Positions 14,243 to 24,263 of a stretch of DNA of 64,000 bases are shown in pieces. The position numbers were made by a program, and so were the translations under genes. Origin of the DNA: Phoronis australis (lineage: Eukaryota; Animalia; Phoronida); contig NMRA01000308.1 of the NCBI GenBank assembly GCA_002633005.1, positions 310,001 through 374,000 of the forward strand, given 5' to 3'. Under the pieces are notes generated by a model. It had not been told where the DNA came from. It worked only from the letters and a program-made list of their open reading frames with translations, and searched no databases. How positions within the stretch are numbered: position 1 is the first letter of the stretch; the number at the start of each line of letters is the position of its first letter.

Positions 14243-14552
14243 ACAATACACAGTTATGGACAGAGTGTTTAGTCTGCTGGCGTTTGTATTTTCCGCGGCG
14301 AACACTGTGTTATCCTCCATTGTTTTCTACGTGGCACTCACTTCTGGAGACGGTGAACGCCTTGACTATTCAACACCAGGTGTCAGTACATGTACATTCA
14401 ATACGGCAAGGACATCACCCTTGTGCATCGACCCACCACCAAGTTATAATGAAACAGTTGGACACGGCACAGAGATATCGATAGGGGCAAACCAGCGTGT
14501 TTTTACAATTTGTAACCATCTTAATGAAGACGAGCACAATGTTGGGATTTAA
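14243..14552 (+). CDS. Four-TM membrane protein, coding exon 3 (TM4 + PPPSY tail)
   Basis: ttttttcag|A completes a phase-2 codon in frame with ORF 14256-14552. Encodes TM FSLLAFVFSAANTVLSSIVFYVAL, then DPPPSYNETV. AATAAA at 14871. Spliced product is 222 aa. Confidence 0.78.
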
Positions 14553-17500
14553 ATTGCGGAATTTAAACACTGCACACGGCGATAACACCCGCTACGATGT
14601 CAGTGTTTTATCTTCGATGATGTTAACATTCTGTGGAATGATAGCAACAAGACATGAGAGTTTCCATTGGTTGTTGGTGGAAAAGAAAACCTACTAGGAC
14701 TTCCGTGTCCTTCTTTTTAGGTTACGTGTACCCCATTCTTGTTATATTAGTGTGTTGTACTGATCGAAAATAGAAACATTTCGTAAATTGCAGACCTCGC
14801 ACATTTTACCATTAGTTTTTAATGCTTCTGCAAATGAGTTTTGTTATATGTTGCAAAACCGCAGATTGAAAATAAACAAAGGAATTTTAAAGTAATTAAT
14901 GATATCATGTTGAAAGAACATTATTTGCGAAAAAATTTTTGTTTACATTAAAAATTATACATGAAGGTTTCAATGAAAACTAAACAGAAAGAGTATATCT
15001 AATTGTAAGCAAAATTAATGTCCACACAAAGTACAATATATAAAATTAAATATCCTTCGTGGCGTAAAACTATTCCTTTCTTTGTGACCTATGAAGCGCT
15101 AAATGTGTTGACGGCACTGTTTCAAGAAGACTTGTGTTAGTAAACCAACACTTTATATATCTGTGTGGTCTTGACGATTAGATTCAATTTAGACGTCAGA
15201 GAGCTAGAAGAACAGTGACTTCAAAGATTCTCAGTCTAAAACAACGGGCCACTCCGGAATTTCCCTTCACCTCCGGGCGCATTACATTCCTTCTTCCACA
15301 TTCCCATGAGTCGCTTACCATAACTTCTGAAAGAGTCGGGGCGATCGATAATGTAATATTTTGATATGACTTAAGTTATTCAGCGTGACTTCTTCAGAGC
15401 ATAATTAAATGTAGATTACGATAAAAGTTCAACAAACCATTTTGAGCAACCTCCACAAATCTGGACTTGAAAACTTACAATATTGTTTACGTAAACAAAG
15501 TAATTACTTTGCCTTCAGAGAATTCTACCTTAAAGTATCTTCGAGTCTCTTCATAGCTACACATAACTCACAAATCCGCTGGTTAGGGTATCTCGTCAGG
15601 ATTTGATAAAAAACGTCGAAGGAAGTTAAACTGACTAAAAGTGAACCTTAACGTTGAATCTTTTTCTGTTAGGAATCTGTATGCAATCCGTCGCATGCTC
15701 TCTCTCATTCCATCTATTTGGTTGCACATGTTGGCCTCGATACAGGCCAGAAGATACGTGCCGCACAATCTCCTCTCGTCTATAGTATCACTACGTGTAA
15801 AATATACAACGCATAAATAATCTACATTCATCAGGCCCTCAAACAACTGAAAATGCTCGGGTTCACATTAGTCTCAAATGAATCATAATTTGCCATCCAC
15901 CCTTCTTTCATACAAATTTTACTGGCACAAGACTTCAACTCGTTTTATGAACTTTTTACCAACTTAATCGTCAGTAGTGCGACTATAGGAAAACAATGAT
16001 GACGAAAAATGGAAGTCCAATTCATTTCAGTCAAAGAATTTCCACGGCTCACCTTTGTACAGACCTTCAAACATGCTTACTAAGCAAACATACATTATTA
16101 AACTTCTTCCCAGTGCTCGGCGAGAATAGGCGACTTGATTCACGAATTGGCGCCAATAAAGAAATGGCTTTCTACAGTTTATATCATCTGTTTACATTGA
16201 AAAAAATTGACAACCAGCTTAAGGTCGTTATCCTGACTCAGGCAAGCACTTTACAACAGACGGGACCATTGTTTCACTAGCGCCACCTATAGCTAGTAGT
16301 TCCTCAATGAAAACGAATTTAAAGGATAATGCCACCCAAAAACAACCTAGTTTGTATCAATTTAGGTCGAGTAGTTCCACACGATAACAGCAAGTACAAC
16401 TCTTTTACGTGACGGCAGACGGAGGTGTTGAAATTAACCAATGACGTCAGAGGTTCGAATGCAGTTTGCTTACTGGTGTCAACTTATCGCTTGAATTTAT
16501 CATTTTGCATCAATAAATCATCGAAATTCGATGCAAATACAAATACATCGAGTTATTGAAAAATAAACGTGTTATTTTATTTCTCCGTTACGGATTTTTT
16601 TAGGTATTTGAACTAAGCCAAATTACCAAGGTCGGTCGCGGGAGTTTGGGGTCTGTTCGGTGATATGTTCAAATTATTCGCCCGTAAAATACAGACAGAA
16701 GAGCATAGCTGTGTGTTGTAATTTTAGTCTTGCGATTTTTTCAGCTCTAAACACACAAAACGCTTGCTAAGTTGCTATCTCGGCCAGTGGCTCGGAGCCC
16801 GATCAGGCCCATAGCTGCCGGACTGGAGACATCACGAACATGAACTAGCCAAAGTTGGAAACTAAAATTCCAATCACGAAGAGACTATACTAGTGAGTCA
16901 AAGAAAAAAATAATGCGCACGTGGTTATTTTGGTGAATTAACCACGAAACTGCAAATCTACTTACCAGCTAAGCAATGACCATCGCCTCTTCTGGCGCAG
17001 GCAGTAGAGGAGATGAAGCTCCTATAGGGGCTCCATACGGCGGAAGCTTTCCGGCGAATTATGCTTCGCACTGACTAAAATATCAACGTCACATTGTTAT
17101 AAATACCTTTTGCGCATAGAAGGACACCTTAAGAGGTTGTCGATGTGTTTAATTTATTCCAACTCGAACAAATACTCCCGTTATCAAACATTTTCTCCAA
17201 GCAGTCCCTCGTTCAGTTCCCAAAATCGTGAACTCACGATTTTTACACTGCGCACGCTCCAATTTTTACCGCGCTCGCTAGGTGATATGGCGTCATGACC
17301 TCAATCTTTTAATTAGGCCAAAGGTGACAAATTGCGGTCTTCAATCAAATGTTTGTTTCCAAAATGCCAGGGCAATATCTTAGGCCGCCACTACTTGTCT
17401 TTAATTGGCGTTACTTGAAACTGATTTATATTTAAAGAATTATAGTTTGTATTTGATAAAAATAAATGCTGTTGATATGATATTTAATCGTCTTTGTGCA

Positions 17501-17791
17501 CATATTTGACATTTTAATTCAAAAGTTTTTTAAGCTAGGGTTCGGATGATTCGTTTCCGAAGTTCATTTGCAACAGGTAACGGACAAGTTTCTAGTTTTA
17601 TGCACTTCATTATTACTAAACGTGTCTGTTCGGTGTCAGTTTCGCTCAAAATATGATCTACCTGTCAGTTGATAAATTTAAGTATGATCTCGTACGAAAT
17701 CAACTAAACCATTTTATTGAGTGGTCTGTAAATACAAAGCCTGTCAAGGTTCTTTCAGACCAACGATAACACGGTGATACTGACTTACAAA

Positions 17792-17797
<6 letters not shown>

Positions 17798-17855
<58 letters not shown>

Positions 17856-17917
17856 TGAATTGTTTTAACGTGCATATATATATATATATGTATATGCACG
17901 TTAAAACAATTCAGTAT
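17798..17917. repeat. (TA)n microsatellite followed by a perfect 27-bp inverted repeat
   Basis: (TA)~28, then atactgaattgttttaacgtgcatata (17852-17878) and its exact reverse complement (17891-17917). Confidence 0.9.
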
Positions 17918-18784
17918 TCAGTATTAACATGGACGGTGAGAGACGTTGCTTGAATTGCAGCGAAACCTTTTAAAAAACCAAAAGGCCCCCTAAGGACATT
18001 GAAATACGGAGGCGTAACCGTAGAGATGGCGTTGCGCGAAAACTTAGGTATATTTGCTTCCCTTTCTAAAGACAAAAAGTCGGTTTGTCATACTTTATTT
18101 TCTTGTCTCGGGGGAATTGTTGAATCTCAAATAAAGCTTAAAGAGCAGAGATTTTCACATCCAGACGTCAGAACCAAACGTATCTCTTTGAAAAGGCAGA
18201 GGACGATAGAAAGGAAGAAAGAAAACGAAAACACCAATCGGGCGGTGATCTACCGGCAAGAAAAAAGGCACTTTTATGCAAAGTTGTTGTTTTCTGTAAG
18301 CTTCATTACAAGTGTCGTGTTAAATTACAGGCCACTGCATGAGTTCCTGTTGTGGTATTTGGCCTGCCTCAAATGAGAATGAGACCGTGTTTAGGTGAAT
18401 AAACGCAATGCGTTATATTTTTATTGAAATGGGTCCCAATGCCTGTTAATGACAAAATAACAACCAAGCTGTTTCGCTATTTGTGAAATGCGTTTGTAAT
18501 ATAATGAGGCTAGGCCCTCTGCATTTAATTGAGGTTTCCGAAAATTAAAAGTGCATTGCAATCATATCTTTGACTGTAGCAGAGATTATCAGAGGTGTTA
18601 TGCAAGAATTGTTTCAATAGTCAGCTGATTTGATTTTGCTGCGTAAGTTCCATTCAAGTTAATTAATTGTTATGCAAGTGTCACGTGCAAACTCTGACCA
18701 GGGACTTTAGCCGTCACCATGACGAGATGGGCCCATCATATGATGCCGGCCAGAATAGTACTTAAGGCATTGGCCATCAAGGAG

Positions 18785-18950
18785 AATCAGACCGAGACCG
18801 AAGCAAAACCCAGACCGAGAAAAAGACCCAGACCAGACCAAGACCGAGACCGAAGCAAAACCCAGACCGAGACAGACCGAAGCAAAACCCAGAAAGAGAA
18901 TAAGACCCAGACCACTTAGACCGAGACGAAAACCGTGAATCAGACCCAGG
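18785..18950. repeat. Imperfect AGACC-rich minisatellite
   Basis: Recurrent agaccgag / accgaagcaaaacccagaccgag units. Confidence 0.75.
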
Positions 18951-19392
18951 CCTGATCTCTAGGAGGAGCGAACAGCAAAGACGAGGAAAACCAGTTTAGT
19001 GAAGTCGAATAGAAGAGTCAAGGTATAAACACTTAATACAGGCGTTGGTCTCAGCCTGTTAGTCAATTTGAACCAGTCTAGTGATTGTTTTAGAGGGTCA
19101 GTTCATGTTGCGACTTGTGTTGCATTAACGTATGCAGTAGCTACGGGTAACTGGTGGCACTGTAGATTACTACTTTCACCTGTAACGATATATCGTTTCA
19201 TTCGAACAGTCGTCAGTCTCCCAACTCGATGTAATCTATTGTTTGTAAATCACAACGCTGCAAATTAATAGACGTATTCTATTGTTAAAGTATTCGTGTG
19301 TTCTGTTATTTACTACCACGAGCGCGCCATCTGTTGGCCGCAACACGCATTGATATACCACACGTTCACGACAGAAATATTAAGGTAAACAT

Positions 19393-19645
19393 CATGCACG
19401 CACCCAAGGGGGTCGGAGGGCTCGATGGAAACCCCCCATTTGGCGAAGTTGGCAAAAAAGTCCGCCTCAGAGAAACAAGAAGTCCGTGAAAAACGTGACA
19501 AAAGTCCCCTAAGAAGACGTAAACACACAATTCAGAGCTCTGAACTTGGTACTCCGTCTATTTAGTCCTCCCGCTTTTTTGTTAGTAAGAGGTCCACATC
19601 GTCAAAAAGTCAAGCCCCCCATTTTAAAGGCTGGGTGTGCGCATG
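19393..19645. mobile_element. MITE with 5-bp TSD (hAT-like)
   Basis: AACAT|CATGCACGCACCCA...TGGGTGTGCGCATG|AACAT. Related copy at 43930-44160 and a partial copy ending near 166. Confidence 0.7.
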
Positions 19646-22600
19646 AACATTGAGCTCAAAATTCAGCTGTCCTGCCAAATTCGTAACTTATCTTTCAATG
19701 TCTTGTGCGCAGTGCCACTTGCCTATTCTAAATGCCATGTGGTAATTTCAGATACCAACGCCCATGGAAATTAAGCGAGGGCATGCGAAAATTTCAAGGA
19801 AAAATTTTGAAAATCGCAATGTACCAGTTGCCGTAAGGGCACTTTCTCGAACAAAGAGGGTCAAGATACAATGCTCCAAATCATTATCCATGAGATCAAG
19901 CTAGAAGTAAAGGCCTCGCGAAAATAAGCAACCGTTGATAATTAAGACCTTGCGCCTGAATCAATGACCAACTTCACTTGGGAACAGTTGTGTTTACAGC
20001 TTGAAACTGCCCCCCCCCCACATTGTTACAAATATTCAGGACTGTGTCATCTAGAAAACTTGAACGTACGCCACTAGTGCCACCCCTGTTCTCCTTATGC
20101 TGCCTTCTGTACAATCGGGAAAATCGTCGATCATTTAAGTTTTTGTCAAAATGGACCAGCCTGCAGCTGTTCAGGCGCGGGCACAGCAACGTGGTGAGTA
20201 AACAGGTCAAATGAGTATACCGGCGGACATCTCACTATTCTTGTGCCCTTGGGAAAAAGGACTCACACTCTTTCAAGACAAAAATATCGCTTTTTGAGAA
20301 AAATTGCTCAATAAGGAAATTTTAATTGTGAAAAAATAAACCATTTCCATGTCAACAGTTATTTCAAAATTATGGCGAGACAAAACCAATGTCGTTAACT
20401 GACATCTGTTCGTCGCCATTTACGTCTCGCGTTGAAAACGGCCAAACCCCCCGATTGTTAAAAATTCGCTCCCGACTTAGCAGACGATGATCGCGTACCC
20501 GCGATTTAGTAGTAAAGTGCCTGCGAAGACTCAGTCGCATATTGAATCCCCAGTCTTTCAGGAAACAAACGCAGAACCCCTAACAGATACGGAGTTAACG
20601 CAAAATCCGTACCCCTTTTGTATAATCCCTAATCTTAAAAATTAGCATTTTTCATTTTCCAAAACACTCACTAACGAACACATATCATAATCCATGAAAC
20701 TATTCAAACCGTGCTTCCGGTAGACATGAAATTCATGGAAGCTTCTTAGATCACACGAGTGTTAGCGAGGCATCGGTGTACATAAGGTACGCGACCAAAG
20801 TGACTTTACACGCGTTACTACGTCTGCAGAAAACCTGATTTAGTATTTGACGGTCACTTGATAGTGTTCTCAATTCAGAAAATCAGCTACGTATTATCAT
20901 CACTGTTTCATGCCTCACAAACTGTACACATTAGCAGATTTGGGGTTACTTTAGTGCAAATGCGATTTTTAAGGACAGATCGTTCGTAATTAACGGATAA
21001 CAAAACCGGTACTATCACACCGAAATTTGTCTAGTCTTCGGTAAAATTAATTGTTCTTTTATGGGCGGCACAGCATTGAAAAAGTGAAGGGCTATAGCCC
21101 TCTCCCCTTCAGCCCTCTATGGTGCAGGTCTTAACAACACGGCAAATCTACGACTGGTTCCCGGTAGCACGCAGTGGGCGGGGTCTTCCGCTTTCAAAGT
21201 TCGCCGGTAGGACCGCAACTTCTGACCTTCGGCCTGGCTAAAAGAATGGGGTCATCCTGGCGTGCACGGAGTGAAAATGGTGAGTTCACGATTTTGGGAA
21301 CTGAACGAGGGACTGCTCGAAGAAAAAGTTTGATATCGGGAGTATTTGTTCGAGTTGGAAGGAATTAAACGCACTGACAACCTCCTAAGGTGTCCCTCTA
21401 TGCGCAAAAGGTACTTATAACAACATGACTGATGTTTTAGTCAGTGCGAGGCATAATTCGCCGAAAAGCTTCCGGCGTATGGAGCCCCTATAGGAGCTTC
21501 ATCGTCTCTACACTGGATAGAGACGATGGTTCTTGTCTGCTTACTAGCTCGTCGGGGGCCACGAAGTCACGTTCAGTACCCTTCCACAGAACCGTCAGGG
21601 CAAAAGTTGTACAGTAACAATCAACAATGATTCGAATAATGCATATGAATATCTAAATAAAGATTACCCTAACTTCTGACCATATAGGATATAAAATCGA
21701 ATAATTGTTTCGCAACAGCTTTCTGTCAACAAACACTGAATTAGCACGGCCTCGGTGCCCGGTCAATTAGTTTATTGCATCTAAAGCCGGTAACGCTGTG
21801 ATTTATTCCTTGTTGGCTTCTCAAAACATTTGCACTCACGAACACTACAAGGCATGAAAAATTGTATCTAATGAGACATACTTTGTTTCAATTTCATCTA
21901 AGCATTGGCTAGGGTGAGAAGAATTCATTTTGAAACAGAACGCACAAGAATAAACGTCAACACGGCAACTCGCAATCCCGACTTAGACGAGTTTCATGGC
22001 CTCATACTTGGTGTACTTTTAATTCTTCACTACCGTGAGCCACTTCCGAAGCATTATGGGCTCTCGAGGAAATCAAAAAAACGATATACCCGCTTCCCTC
22101 GCAGCTTCATACTTCGCACAAGCGGGAATGATACACCGCACCATAGCGGCACTCACTCTATTGAAGAACCACTGACGTCGCTGCGTCGTTTCTCACCTTT
22201 CTCACAGGTTAACGCGACACCTTTGGGGAGGTAAGATCGACCGTATACGAGGTGATGTGAATATAGACCGATTAAGACGATAAAAAAGACTAATTAAATC
22301 AGGTGGCATTCTCCTTTAAAGTCACTGAAGTTCTACAACTTACTATACAACCGAGCCTAGAATGATCTCTTGGAGGATCAGCTCTTTCCTCGTTGTGTTA
22401 ACACTTGTTAAGGTGGCGTCCAAACAGTCCTTAGCAATCTTTGCAATCCATGGCTGCCTGTTTCCCGCGCCTTTCACAATAGTTGGAGCTATTGTCTTGT
22501 GATGCTTGGAGAGATTTAACCATTGAATTCTCAGTCAGGAATATATTTCAATCTTAACGGACGTACAAAACACTAGTTCAACTCATATACAACGAAAATA

Positions 22601-22665
22601 ACTAATGGAGACAAAAACAAGATGACGAAAAACTTGAATAACTCGACTCAGTTGCCGAAAAGAAA

Positions 22666-23006
22666 GTGACAGCATCAATGAAGTGACAGCATCAATGAAA
22701 CTGACAGCATCAATGAATCTGACAGCATCAATGAATCTGACAGCATCAATGAAACTGACAGCATCAATGAAACTGACAGCATCTATGAAACTGACAGCAT
22801 CAGTGAAACTGACAGCATCAATGAAACTGTCAGCATCAATGAAACTGTCAGTATCAATGAAACTGACAGTATCAATGATACCAATGAAACTCCACTCTGT
22901 TCACAACGTAAAACAAACTGACAGTATCAATGAAACTCCACTTGGTTCACAACGTAAAACAAACTGACAGCATCAATGAAACTCCACTTGGTTCACAACG
23001 TAAAAC
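22666..23006. repeat. 18-bp tandem repeat (aactgacagcatcaatga, ~12x) changing to a 46-bp derived unit (~2.7x)
   Basis: Periodicity read directly; the 46-bp units start at 22882, 22928 and 22974. Confidence 0.9.
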
Positions 23007-24263
23007 TCCTTATGTTCAACTGCCTTATGTCGTGCGTCAATGTCGCGAGTTCGGCGTTCATAAAACAAAGCACTTTCGTGGCAAAAGAAAACATGATCTT
23101 CTGAAGGGAGTTATGTACGTGTTCTTAGAGTTACTGGTGGGGTATATGCTAGAAGTCTATCTACTTACTGGAGCTATGTCTTTCTCGATGATAATCATAA
23201 GTAAGCTATAGGCAAGCATTGATACTTTACGAATTGGTGACTGGGTAAGTCTACATATCTCTTGTATATGTTTATAGAAAAAGACCACTGAAATACTGTG
23301 AGTGTCTGTTACGTGATTCAAAAACTGGAGGAGCCACGAGAGGTATGCGAAATTCTCTCCCCTGCAACAAAACAGACACGGGTGTTACGTCAGTGTTGTT
23401 GACTTCTGACCATTTAACTTAAGAAAATAAGTTACTCAGGTAATATCACGTTCCGTAACAAATCGAAACAACAGAACGGTTTAAGTACCACGATTCGCCA
23501 GGCTTCTGGTGTCGTAGTGAGGTCCAAGAGCGAATTTTGTCTAGGTCAGTCCCGTTCGAGTCGCTGACGCATATGCACGGCAGACAAGGAACGGTAGACC
23601 TGAAAATGAACTAGGTTTCAAGACGAAGCATGCACAAGAATTTTTTTTATTCTATTTCCACTGAATACATTTAAACAAGTATGCGAACTTATTGACTACT
23701 GCAGAGTTGCCGTTCAAAACACAGAAAAAGCGAAGAATAAATTAAGAAACGCAATTTTGTTATGCTTTGAGACTGTACAATACTCAAAAAGAACCGGAGA
23801 GGAGAGGACCAATTTCGACATAATTTTGAACTTGAAAATGCTTTCCCCTGTTATTTTCTTAAACACTCCAAACGACATTTTAGAATCTTTGGTGGTAAAT
23901 TTCATTTCCCCAACAAATTAGTATATAACATGAGCGGCGCAGCACTGAAAAATGTGGGGACTAAAGCCTCCTCAGTCCCCCTGTGGTGCATCAGCTATAG
24001 ACCATGTGTGGCGTATCACTATAAGTTACACCCGATCTCTCCCCTGTTAATTGACACGTCATCAATGATCGTCACCAGTGCCGCCTCCTTTTTACTCATT
24101 CCCCTTCTGTTTCCTCATGTAACGATGTCTGTTCATAAACAAACCATCTAACCGTCGAATTGCTCAAACCCCTGCTCTACGCACAAGCAGCCGTTTGTGA
24201 GTCTCCAACCCTCACACCCCTCTCTTGTAAGTTTCGCGCACTGCTTGAAAAATTTACTATGGG

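Larger units (their letters stand above)
16966..21550. mobile_element. Nested element bounded by ~290-bp inverted repeats
   Basis: ~16966-17260 is the reverse complement of ~21260-21550 (e.g. gaagctcctataggggctccatac / gtatggagcccctataggagcttc; ccctcgttcagttcccaaaatcgtgaactcac / gtgagttcacgattttgggaactgaacgaggg). Ends are approximate. Confidence 0.6.
16323..22315 (-). mobile_element. Kolobok-like DNA transposon (TTAA TSD, THAP remnant), copy 2, with nested insertions
   Basis: TTAA|AGGATAATGCCACC ... GGTGGCATTCTCCT|TTAA. Minus strand ~22020-22145 encodes MVRCIIPACAKYEAAREAGISFF*FPREPIMLRKWLTVVKN (THAP N-terminus). Confidence 0.6.

Noticed and set aside
18719-18919. Basic, NLS-like ORF (KPRPRKRPRP)
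   Set aside because: Translation of the AGACC minisatellite.
22683-22967. ORF with (MKLTAS)n repeats
   Set aside because: By-product of an 18-bp tandem repeat; no splice or start context.
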